This document shows positions 11,954 through 23,980 of a stretch of 64,000 nt of DNA, one piece after another (positions within the stretch are counted from its first letter, which is position 1; every line of letters begins with the position of its first letter). The stretch comes from Octopus bimaculoides. Its lineage: Eukaryota. The stretch is from assembly GCF_001194135.2 (NCBI RefSeq), contig NC_068984.1, forward strand, positions 140,418,915-140,482,914. Direction: 5' to 3'. Under the pieces are notes generated by a model. That model saw nothing but the letters and a program-made list of their open reading frames with translations, made no database searches and had not been told where the DNA came from. The position numbers were made by a program, and so were the translations under genes.

Positions 11954-14199
11954 AATTATTATGGCGGAATCATTAGCACACCAGGCAAATGCTTAGCAGC
12001 ATTTCGTTGACCAATTATGTTCTGAGTTCAAATTTGCCTGATGTCTTTTTGAGGCTGATATAAGAAGAACCAGTTAGACACCAGAGTTGATGTAATCAAC
12101 TTGCTTCCTCTCTGCAAATTTTAGGGCTTGTGCCTATAGTAGAAAGGATTATTAACAATTAACTGCTTTGTATGTTTGATCATGAATAATCAGAGCTATT
12201 CATCAATGGGTGATTGAGAGAAAGAGAGAGAATGAGATGATTGAGCATTCAGCCTGTTTTGGCAACAATACTTTTTGGCACTGGAGAAACACACACACAC
12301 ACACACACACAGACTCAGATTAAGAAGAAAGAGAGAGGCATGTATTACAATTTATGAATTGAACCTGAATAGCATAAACACTTTTCCTCACCTCATACAT
12401 TTACAGACAAATATGTTCCCTTGAAGGGAGGAGAAACATTTAAACGCCTAATGTCAAATAAGTTAATGTTGAATTGGCAACATCTCATACCCACACTAAG
12501 ATGAGAGAAGATCAAATCTGAACAAACTTTAAGCAGAAATATTAAAAACATAAGGGGAAATAATTACAACTGGTAATGGTCTCAGCTGACCACATGGTTT
12601 AATTTTACTCTAAAGGTGCTTACCAGACAAAACATATTTGTACATGCATTGCTTATGGTTTTCTCCATCAGATGTCAAAATTAAGACAAAGGATAATCAG
12701 AGTTTCACAGGTGCTTTGAACAGAAGGAAGAGATAAACCAAAAGAGGCTAATATGCATGTGGAGGGAATAGAAGTTAACAGCCAAAACAAATTAAAGGAC
12801 CAACTTTGTTAGTTTTTGACTTACTGATAACTTACAAAATAAATGATACATCATACACCACAATTAGTGTTAAAAAATCCAGGTCCTATCACATTGATCA
12901 TACAAACACATCTATCTTAAGTCACACAAAATATTTACTTCTGTCCTTCCCTCCAGGTAAATACTGAACTTCCTTAGGTTTATAGAAAGATGTAATTCTT
13001 CAGCCACAGTGGAGATGAACCATCTGGGTTTCGCTCGCTCAGAACAACCCAACAGAACACAAAAAGGTTATAAGCTGATTATGCACAGAGGAGGCATAGA
13101 TTTCTCAAGATGGAAAGAAGGCGACCCACCTAGAAGAGCAGTAATTTTAAATAAACTCATTTAGCATTCAGGTGTCTTTGTTAAATATATATCTTATTCA
13201 TTCACAGGATTTTGAATTAATCAGGCATTATCTTGTGGCTTCAAGATTTCAATTATGTGGTTGTATATTTTTAGAATGACATAGTAAGGTAGGTGCAAAA
13301 AGCTGGATCTGGTCAGTTCTAACATAAAACAGGTAGAATATTTGGGTTGGATGTGGCCAGATTAAATACTGAAGGGCTAACTGAAGATTGACAAAGTGTT
13401 GAAGAAAACAGCCCTCTCTAATGCTGGGGGAATGATGAAATGCACGTGGTCCATGCTGTGATTGGCATTAGAAAAGGCATCCAACTGTAAAAAGCCCTGT
13501 GAAAATGGGAGATCAAATCAAATACAGGACAATGACTTCCTCTAGGTATCAGCATCTCTCAGACATCACCAACTCAGCTGCAAAACCTCAGGGTTGCCAC
13601 CTACATAGGTTGGAGAGATTGTAAAAATGCTAGAGTAGAAACAAGTAGCTGTGCTCTGCAGACAAAAGGCAAAATAGAGGGAAGCTACAGCCAGCCTCCT
13701 CACAAGCAAGGAACAGAGGAAAAAAGATTTTTAGTACAAGGAATGAGTGATGTGGAAAACAGCCATCTGATCATCTACCATTTAGATAAACTTTGTACTT
13801 ATCAGGTGGACAGATGGTTGTGAATAATTAGATTTAACTCAGTGAAGAATGCACCATGCAACATAGACAAGTGATTAGCAACAACAAGGTAGATGTGAGA
13901 TCAATCAGTAGCACTCAACCTCCTCTTTACAATAGAACAGGTTTTGCCTCACAAAATATATGAAATATTCTCATATTCTAACGTTATAGATTTCATTGAA
14001 AATGCTTCTTTGTTTTTAAACATAAGCATTGTACCTGGTTTTAATATTTAATTTCAAAGAAAACTCCTGACTTTGGTAAACAACCAATACACTTTTGACA
14101 TTTTCCACCCCTTTGTGAACTCACAACATCCCCAAGGGGGAACTACCACTATGTTAGATGGGCTCAGATTCACAAGATAATTTAGAAAAAGTATGGAAG

Positions 14200-16070
14200 C
14201 TGAAAAATCCCTCAACCATACAACATACAACACAAAAGACAGCGGGGAAGTTTTTACAAGACAACCCACTGCAAACCACAGACCAGATGTGAGGATGGAT
14301 CAAGGTTCCAGTAACACAAGAAGTGATAGTAGCAAAATGATAGGGTAGACAAAGTCACAAAAACAAAAAAACAAGAGATAAGAATAGAAGTGGGAGTAAG
14401 AAACAATCTCAAGCAGCAAACAGAAGAAGCGAGATCAGATATAAATCAAGATAAGAAGCAGAAAGTTAAGAGCTGTCAATGTTCTGCAACAACAAAATTA
14501 GATTCATAAGGTGCTCCAGATTACAAAGTATGTCAATGTGACCAAAGACATTAGTTAGAAAGGCATTAGGAAAGCTACTGGTGCACTCACCCTCATTGAT
14601 TCCAAAGAGACATAGTTACATATCTAGAAAGATTGTTGAATAATAAGAAGGTGAAAGAGAGGGAGAGAGAGACTACTCCAAGTTCAACAGCGGAACCAGC
14701 TCCTGAAGTTGAGAGCTATATGGTTGAAAGGACTGTAAAGGATATGAAGCTAGCATAAGTAACTAGATCACCATGGATAATTTCTGAGATACTGAGATTA
14801 TCCAGTGAAGCAAGGTATAAATAATCACTTATAGAGTTAATAAGGTTGCACAAGGAGATTTCATACCTAATTAATATAACAGGATTTAGTCCACCCCCCT
14901 CATGCTGTTTATTATGGTACTCTGGGCTGTAAGAGGCAAGTTCAAGACAGCTCTAGGATCTCCTTGATGCTGATAACTTAGTTCTTAAAGCTTAATCCAA
15001 CAAATAATTAGAGGAAATATTGCAAACATAGAAACAGAGCCTAAAATGAAAGTGTAAAAATAAAGACAAAAGCCATTATTAGTAGGGAAGAACACAAAAC
15101 TCTATTACAAGCGGCCATGTTCAATATAAAGAGAAAGTAACATCTATCCTTGTTTACCATGGGTATTTGATTCCAAAAGATACTGTGTGAAATGAATAAC
15201 AAAACATATGGAGTAAAATAGGTTTCATTCTGAGACCCCCAAGATGCACCCCAAACTCATTCAAACAGTTTTCAAACACACATAATGATATTGTTTCGTA
15301 GTTGGGATAATATTTAGGGTAAAATTTAATAACATATGATCAGTAAATAATAAATATATAACACTGAAAAACATTTTTTCTATTTATTGGTAGCATATGT
15401 AAATTGATATGGAAAAAAAAATACAGAACTTTGCAGCATGGTGATGTAAACATGAGGAATAAATTAGTGCATTTTGTGCAGCTGAGCATTGTGACTGAGA
15501 TACATTTCTGCATTCCAAGCAGAATCTTCGACATGTTGCAGACCCAAGTTAACACAGATCAGTTTGTTTTACGTGTAACAAGGTTTGTAATTGAGCATAT
15601 GTAATCTTGGATCAGTGATAAACAAGGATAGAGGCATAGGAAGAAAGTCTGTACTGTTTGTTCAAAATAAATCACAAGTATGCAAAAGATGGAATGTGCT
15701 TAGATGCCGGCTGAGAAAGAAGAAAAGACTGCATGCAACAAATGCACAGGAATATTTAGCAATAAGAACATTTATGGGAATGAATTCTTTGAAATGCCCA
15801 AAAGACTTTCTAGAGAGAGAGTTGATAGCTTCTGTTATTGAGAAGATTTAACCAACAATGGTTAGCCAGAGTGAAAACAGGAGAAAAACAGTCCAGGGAA
15901 CTATTATTACTTCCACTGGTAACGAAGGGATCTTCTCAGTGTTTGAAATCTGATATTACATGGTAGCAAGGCATAGACAATGAATGCAAAAAGCTGTACA
16001 AAGGTGAGAAGAAACAAAGTGAGCATGGTCCAGTGGACATGAGTAGAAATAGCAGAGCACAAATGAATTG
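14200..16070 (+). mobile_element. highly degraded RTE LINE ORF2 relic
   Basis: Frameshifted peptide remnants VKDMK...ISEILRL (~14735), ACNKCTG (~15730), VDSFCY (15821) and LLLLPLVTKG (15901) resemble RTE RT segments as I recall them. Boundaries approximate. Confidence 0.5.
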
Positions 16071-16380
16071 GGTAGAAGAGGAATCAACAAAATCCACTTT
16101 TCTATGCTCACATGAGTCAGTTGGAATTCGTCAAAGCAAATTTTCTACAGCCAGATGCCCTTCCTGCCACCAACCCTCACCTGTTTCCAAGCAAGGTAAT
16201 ACTTCCCCATAGCTAGACATGCTTTTTTTTTGGGGGGGGGGGGGAGATAGGAAATGAACGACTTCGCTTGTATAACAATGATGCTCATTTACAACATTTC
16301 TGTGATGTCAGAACAAGGGTGTGTATACACACACACGAAGGGGCTCTTTCAGTTTCCATCTACCAAATCCACTCAGAGAG

Positions 16381-16527
16381 CTTTGGTTCCCAACCTGTGG
16401 ACCACAAAGGTAGTACTGGAGGTCCGTGAACGTGTTAAGCTGACAGACCCTTCAACATCCTGGGGTCCATGGGAAAACTCATTTAAATAAAAAGAGTCCT
16501 TTGTAGAGAAAAGGTTGGGAACCACTG
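16381..16527. mobile_element. hAT (Charlie-like) MITE inserted into a SINE
   Basis: Ends (C)TTTGGTTCCCAACCT and AGGTTGGGAACCACTG. Interrupts a minus-strand SINE head. TSD not clear. Confidence 0.55.
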
Positions 16528-17290
16528 AGCTAGAGTACTAGACGCATATCCAAGGTGCCACAGAGTGGAACTGAACCAAAGACCACATGGTTACAAAACA
16601 ATCTTAACCATACAACCACACCAGCACTTATAAGAGAAGAACGTGCCCATATGGACAGGTAATCCACATGAAGGTTGACAACAGGGTAAATCCAAGTAAA
16701 GACTGAAGAAAACAAGGAAATAAATCGTTAAGAATAATTTCAGGTGACTGAATCTCACAAACGAAATGGCATGAGACTGCTAGAAAAGAGTGGCCTTGCT
16801 GAAGGACTGTCCAAGAATGAAAAAAACTATATACACACACACATATAATATATATATATATATATATACGAGGGTATAAAAGGTATTGGTATCTAGAAGA
16901 CCCAAAGAGTGGCAGGTAATGCTAAGTAAGTGCTAAGGACAGACCATAGTTAAACATTTGGTTTGATCGTGATATGAGTGAGGAGTTTAATGTGGGTCTT
17001 GTTATCTGTTTTTGTCTAAATATATATATATATATATATATGGAGAAAGAGAAAGAGATAGTGTGTGTGTGTGTCAGTTTTAGTGAAGTTTAAAGGTCAA
17101 TGATGTCATATTTACAATTTCATTTTGAAATACTAAATATAACATTAGTGAAGTGGAAAATGGAAATGCTGTTGGGTAATTGTCAAGAGAGAGAAAATAG
17201 TAAAGTAAAATAGTGTGTTGATTAACACACATTAACCACTCCCAGAACTCATGACTTGAAATTTTAAATCAATTCTTCATTTCTTTCAAT

Positions 17291-17400
17291 ATACAACTGA
17301 AGCACAAGAAGCTGCCCTACTCTTCGAAACGCCTGTGTTAGAATGGGGGCAGCTGATGAAGGAAAATGTTCTCTATGTGGCCTGTGTGTTTTCTGTACTC
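17291..17400 (+). mobile_element. degenerate Penelope-like tail with hammerhead relic
   Basis: ATACA-a-CTGAAGC...CTCTTC-GAAA-CGCC-TGTGT (core and cleavage triplet mutated), followed by a second CTGATGAAGG at 17353. Confidence 0.4.
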
Positions 17401-18332
17401 TGGTTATTATTATTATTTATTTGTCTACGTTTTGTTTGCAATGTCCTGTACCCAGATATGCACCTATATATACAGGTAGACGTAAGTATGCACATACCTG
17501 TATGTATATATGCATATACTCATTTATTATTTTTTAATATATATACACACACACACACACAAAGAAAGTGGCTGATTTAAAACAGGAAGAATATAAAAAG
17601 GTTTTTTATTTTATTTTTTATTTAACTACAATATGAATGAGAAGATTTAAAACATTGTTAGTGAACTTTAGAAAACTTATTGAGACGAACACCAGCTGAC
17701 GAGTTTTATCTTTTCTCATATTGAATCTCTTTCGTATCTGTCCATGTGGGTGTGTGTTTTAGGAAAACCACAAACAGCTTTCCTTTCAAATATGTTATAG
17801 TAAAAACACAACTATGTCCAAGTTTGATCTTTTACATAATATACATACAAGAATTTTTTGTAGTTCCTTATTAGATACTTACTTGATGGCATAAAAGATG
17901 CACAGGCACATTAGATGCACCTTAATTTCAGCTGTGCATATTCAGGGGTGGGGGAAAGTTTTTAATGCATCAATGCTCAACTTTGCATATAGTACCTAGG
18001 GTGAGTTTTTGAGACATATTTGCAGAAGGAAAAAGTTTGTTATATGCCGTCAAATACTGTGGCAACACGGCAGAATCATAGAAATGTCCAAGAAAATACT
18101 TTGTCTTATTGGTTCCTGTCATTTGTGTTTTGAGTTCAAGCCCCACCAGTCAAGAACTGAGGCTGGTGGCATTAACTGCTCCTCTCTCAAAGCTTCTGAC
18201 CTTGTGCCTAAATTAGAAACTATGGTTTTAGGACAATATCCTTTCTTATATTTCAAGATTAACAATCTCCTTTTACTCAGACCAATGGAATTAGGAACAA
18301 TAAGGTTTCAAGCAAAACAAAGAACTATAAGT

Positions 18333-18524
18333 GTAGGAGTGGCTGTGTGGTAAGAAGCTTGCTTCCCAACCACATGGTTCCGGGTTCAGTCCCACTCCAT
18401 GGCACGTTGTACAAGTATCTTCTACAATAGCCTCAGGCCAACCAAAGCCTTCAGTGGATTNNNNNNNNNNNNNNNNNNNNNNNNNNNNNNNNNNNNNNTA
18501 GTTGACAGAAACTGAAAGAAGCCC

Positions 18525-18567
<43 letters not shown>

Positions 18568-19205
18568 TTTTCTTTGTAGCCACTTTAACATGGCTGTCTG
18601 TTCAAGCAGATTCTACTGCGAATCTTTTAAACTCTAAGAGGATATCTCTAGCTGGTTAATGATGCACAGCTGCATTCGATATATATATATATATATATCA
18701 TCATCATCATCGTTTAACGTCCGCTTTCCATGCTAGCATGGGTTGGACGATTTGACTGAGGACTGGTGAAACCGGATGGCAANNNNNNNNNNAGGGGCAC
18801 TGGCAACGATCTTACTTGGCTTGCCGGGTCTTCTCACGCACAGCCCATTTCCAAAGGTCTCGGTCCGTAGTCATCGCCTCGGTGAGGCCCAATGTACGAA
18901 GGTCTTGCCTCACCACCTCAGCCCAGGTCTTCCTGGGCCTACCTCTTCCACGGGTTCCCTCAACTGTTAGGGTGTGGCACTTTTTCATATATGTATTTCT
19001 GTGTCTGTGTTTCTCCCTCCCACCATAGCTTGACAACCGATGTTGGTGTGTTTATGTCCCAGTAACTTAGCAGTTCAGTAAAAGAGACCGATAGAATAAG
19101 TAGTAGATTTACAAAGAGTAAGTCCCGAGGTCGATTTGTTAAGACTAAAGGCGGTGCTCCAGCATGGCCGCAGTCAAATGACCGAAACAAGTAAAAGAAA
19201 AAGAA
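18333..19205 (+). mobile_element. family B1 SINE split by the RTE insertion (head 18333-18565, tail ~18990-19205)
   Basis: Head and tail blocks flank the LINE fragment. Confidence 0.75.
18699..18988 (-). mobile_element. 5'-truncated RTE-clade LINE 3' end (ORF2 C-terminus, UTR and (GAT)n tail) nested in a SINE
   Basis: Translates to KKCHTLTVEGTRGRGRPRKTWAEVVRQDLRTLGLTEAMTTDRDLWKWAVREKTRQAK*, with the GRPRKTW and DRDLW features of RTE C-termini. 10-N gap inside. Confidence 0.8.
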
Positions 19206-21149
19206 AGAATAAAAAGATAACTAAGGAGGATGTAGGAAAAACCTAAATAAATAAGCTCAAATTTCATTATTATCATTTTTAGCTTGCATGGGTCAGACAG
19301 TTTCTGAGGCAGATTTTCTACAGCTTGGATGCCTTTCCCGTCACCAACCCTCATCTATTTCCAAGCAAGGTAATAATTTCTTCAGGAGCAGACATGTTTT
19401 CACAGAAAATTGGAAATAAATGATACAACTTGTAAGAGAGTGACATCCCTTTTCGACTACCATGCAATCTCAAGATATGGAGATACAAACACACACAACA
19501 GGCTTCTTTCAGTTTACATCTACCAAAAGTGCTCACAAGGCATTGGTCAGCTCGGCAGCACACCTGTTTCTGCCTTCATTCCTGATCTCTCTCTCTCCAG
19601 TCAGGTAACCTCATAGCTCCTCTACAGCAAAACACCTGCTTCTGTCTCTGTCTTACTACACCCTTTCATCGTCTGACACAAGATCACCTTCTCCAAAGAT
19701 TTTTGCCTTGCAAGTTACTTGGTGACCCTGTCAGGGCAGGTGCTACTTAAAAGCACCTGGTCCACACTGTAAAGTGGTTGGCATTTGGAAGGGCATCTAA
19801 CCGTAAAAACCTTGCCAAAACTGACGTCACCTGTGTTTGTGCTACATAAAAAACACTCAGTCTACTTTGCTGAGTGGTTGGTGTTAGGAAGGGCATCCAA
19901 CTGTAAAAATCCTGCCAAAACAGTCACAGAAGTCTAGTGCAGGGTTCTGCCTGGCTGGCTCTTGTCAAACCGTTTCACCCATGCCATCACCGAGGGCAGA
20001 CGTTAAATGATGATTATTATTTCTCACAGAAACATCACAAACAAAACATAGAATATCAAAATGATAAACTACTTCATTTCTAGCGCTTTCAAGTTTCTTC
20101 TTTATTTACAAATCCAAAATATGAAATACAACTTTCACATTAATAACCAATTCATGATATAACATTATCAAGTCGGAAATTCTTTCTTTTAGCATCTCCT
20201 TAAGATATCATCATCATTTAACATCTACTTCTCCATGCTTGCATGGGTTAGATGGAATTTGTAGAGATAGATTTGGACAGGTACCCAAGTAAAGTAATAT
20301 TTTCCCCATCGTCAGATGCCTTTTTACAGAAGACTCAAAACAAACAGCACTATTAATATGATAATGATGCTAATTTACAACTACCACACGTCAAGATAAG
20401 GATGTATACATACACAAACACGTAAATACATGCATTTAGTAAATTTACTTGATATTAAAAAAGGGGTTAGTTTTGAGATTCTATGAGCTGGTTAAGGTAC
20501 ATTGAAATTCAACTTGAACTAGTTTAGGTAGATTGTATGCAACTGCACATGAGCTGTGTTGGATAAATATTCCAGGTGTAAAGCATCTTTCATAGTTCTT
20601 GGATTCTTTGAAGGAAACCAAGTTGTCCATTTAAACAACAGCTGTCAGACATCTCATCCTTAAATCACTCTAATTTAAACAACTAAATTACAGTAAATTC
20701 AAATATGGTGTTTAGAAAGAGCAGTTTTAGATTCCATTCAAAGTATTATTATTACACGAGAAATACTAGGCTACTTCTTTTGTATTCTGATGAGTATTGA
20801 AAGCATTAATGGTAAATGAGTTATGAGTAGTAGTTTAATAACCCAAAGAAAGAAAAGAAAATAAAGCCACGCACACAACAATGGCCAGTAAAAAGAGCAG
20901 GTTCCAGTCCCCTCCACCACAATTCAAATATCTCCAATGTGATATATAAGTGTCTAATCATAAAGTTTCTATTGCATTTTAATTGCTACCACTGCTTGCA
21001 CTGACTGTATAGTATTAAGTTCTTGAATGCCAAACACAGTGACTATTTTCATCTTTTAAACAAGATATCCAAAGCCTTTAAACAAATTTTCTTTCCCAAA
21101 TATTGAACTTGTTTAGAAATTCTCATCCATCCATTTTCTCTTTCTATTC

Positions 21150-21660
21150 TTGAGAGAGGTGTTGTGATGAAGTCCTTGGGCATCTCCTCCATAGGGTTCT
21201 ATCATTAAATTTCTGGCTGGATTCCCAAGTGAGACTGATTGAGGCTATGGGTATTACACAACCGTCTTACTCTTGGCCTGCACTAGGTCTCACGCCAGTT
21301 CACTCAGCTTGAAGAATTTGTCTTGCAATTCATTCCTGTGACATTTTAATCACATGTCCACAATACCAGAGCAGTGAGCTCTTAATGAGAAATAGCAGCT
21401 AAACTTGGTGGACGTTTCACTTCCCCATCACAATCTCTTCACAACTTGCTTTGTCTTTGGTTAGCCTGTAGCAGAAGCATATTCACTCTTTATTTTTAGG
21501 TATCTACATTTTGGTTCTTTACCTTTAGGTACCCATTTTGGCTCATCAGGTGATGGTCCAGCCCACATAGCTTCATGCAGGCTGTCCACCCCTAAATGTG
21601 AAAGACTAGCCAAGCGTCCCTACATTAGCTAATTAGGGGAAGCTTTTCCCGCTAATTCCT
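21150..21660 (-). mobile_element. degraded RTE-type LINE 3' fragment
   Basis: Minus-strand peptide SSLLWYCGHVIKMSQE*IARQILQAE*TGVRP resembles the RWFGHV...G.RPRGRP C-terminal region. Confidence 0.5.
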
Positions 21661-22554
21661 TACAGAGAAATGAGTTGCAACAAGAAAGTTTGAATCTTTG
21701 GCATGTGAGCAGTTTCATTCCATTTTGCAAATTTGGTGAGGAGAAAATTGTAACAGAAATCCTTGATGCCATGCATTTTTCCAATTGGGGTTTTGCAATA
21801 AACATCAGGCGACAAAGGAGCCTCTAAGAAGTCACTTGACCTGTTAAAAGTAACAGTTAAATTTTCCTCCAATCACACTCTACAATCGTGTACAGTTCCT
21901 GATAATAATAAAAGCTGGTATGGTCGTGGCTTGGACACCTTCAAATGTAATTCTGCTCAATCAGAGCAGATGGACCTAAAAACAACTATACATTTAGCCG
22001 GCACACTCGACAGAGTCACAAGCATTAACACAGGTATTACCCAGACACTTCACACGTGTATTTATCCAGTAGACCTAACAAAAATGCAAGGGGCAAAAGC
22101 GATCAATACAACAAATGCTTTGTTAGTTTGATGCATATCAAAATCCAAGCCTCAAAAGTAAATGTCATACTGCATTCCTATTTCACCATCACTTACTATC
22201 ACTAAAACAACAAACTGAAATTGATGCTTAACAACCGCAAGTGTTGCTTTTTTATTTTTATTATTATTATTATTTTTTTTTTTCATTGCTTTAACATAAA
22301 ACTGCTATTCAGTTATTAATCACAAATGTAAATAATATATGTATCGAACTGATCAAACTGGTGGGCTTTCTCTTTTTTATGATGGAAATTCTAACATATA
22401 ATTTAATTCATGGGATTGCAAGCCATTTTGCTATTTTGGACATCGGTGTACATAATATAATCATCTACTATAATAATACTCTTGTGTTTTTCTCCGTCAC
22501 AACAATGAGAAAGGAAGGGGTGATGGAAGTTCTACGGTGAAAAAAAAAAAAAAA

Positions 22555-22740
22555 AAATCAAACAGCATTTCAACTCTGCGTGAGTATATGTGTGTGCGTG
22601 TATGTAAAAAGGGTGATGTGAATGTGTGTGTGCATGCAATGGTGACAATTCAATGCTGAAAAGAAAAATCAAACAGCGTTTCAACTCTGTGTGTATGTGT
22701 GTGCATGTACAAGGGAATTATGTGAATGTTTGTATCTGTG
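22555..22740. repeat. imperfect ~110-bp tandem duplication
   Basis: AAAATCAAACAGC(A/G)TTTCAACTCTG...GTGAATGT occurs twice (~22555 and ~22665). Confidence 0.75.
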
Positions 22741-23591
22741 ATTATTATGTACTTTATTTATATATAAAACACTACAATTAGCTGTCATTTTTGACAGCAT
22801 GGGGCCAGCTAGTTATAATATAAACAGATGCAGGTGGCATCTTGGGCTGACCAAAGCTTTGTGAGTGAGTGAATTTGGTAAATGGAAACTGAAAGAAGCC
22901 CATTGTGCGTCTGTCTTTGGACCTGTGTTTGTCTTCCACCACCACTTGACAACCGGTGTTGGTGTGTTTACATCCTTGTAACCTAGCAGTATGGCAAAAA
23001 AAAGTTACTGATAGAATAAGAACCAGGCTTTAAATAAAGAAAAAGTCCGGGGGGGGGGCTCAGTTCTTTCAACTAAAATTCTTCGTGGCCAGTCTAACGA
23101 CTGAAATAAGTAAAAGATAAAAGAATACTTGTGTGTGTGTGTGTGTATAATACACACATATAAACGCAAATACACACACACACACACAAGGAGTTTAACC
23201 TGTTCCTATTGCATGTGATTAATTACCTTGTAGAGATAAAAATAACATTGAAAATAAAATTTTAAAATAGCAATTAATTGGAGATAAAAGAATTTTCAGG
23301 CCTTCTGTAATATAATTTGGTAACAGTCACCAAATAGGTGATACATAGCTTGTGCTTCAGCAGGAAGCTTGTTTTATTTTTGTCTTAAATGGTTACTGTC
23401 ATGCGTGCATGTGTGAGAATGAGAATGGAGGAGGAAGTGCTCTTCTGTTTATTTTGTGGTACAAAGATCATAAAAACGCTCGATAAAACTTTGTGTTACA
23501 AGTGAATATTAATGTGTACAGACAAGAGAAAAGCCGCACAAATATATTGTTTGGAAATGCAATAGACACACATTCACACACACACACACAT

Positions 23592-23980
23592 GGTTGTGGT
23601 TAAGAAGTTTGCAAACTTCCCAACCATATGGTTCCAGGTTGAGCAAGTGTATTCTACTGTAGCCCTGGGCCATCCAAAGCACTTGTGATTGGTTTTGGTA
23701 AATGGAAACTCAAAGAAGCCCGTGATATAAATATATGTATGCATGTGTGTGTGTATTCATCTTGACTGCATGTGATGTTTGTAAATGAGCATCGCTGTAC
23801 TACAACACTGTTGTACATTCCCAGTTTTTTTTTTCCATGAAAAACATGTCCGACCATGAAGAAATATTATCTTGCTTGGAAACAGGAAAGGCATCAGGCT
23901 GTAGAAAATCTGCCTCAGTAAACTGCATCTAATCCATGCAAACATGGAAAAGTGACCATCAAAATGGTGATGATGATACA
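23592..23980 (+). mobile_element. family B2 SINE (B head plus RTE-like (GAT)n tail)
   Basis: B head, then ...CTTGCTTGGAAACAGG...GGCATCAGGCTGTAGAAAATCTGCC...CCATGC...ATGGAAAAG...GATGATGAT. Other copies at ~16130-16628(-), 24220-24515(-), 25465-25840(-), 55150-55520(+) and 56900-57290(-). Confidence 0.75.

Noticed and set aside
12985-13060. Hammerhead-like CTGA...GAAAC on the minus strand
   Set aside because: The core spacing is wrong (CUGAGCGA) and stems II and I cannot form.
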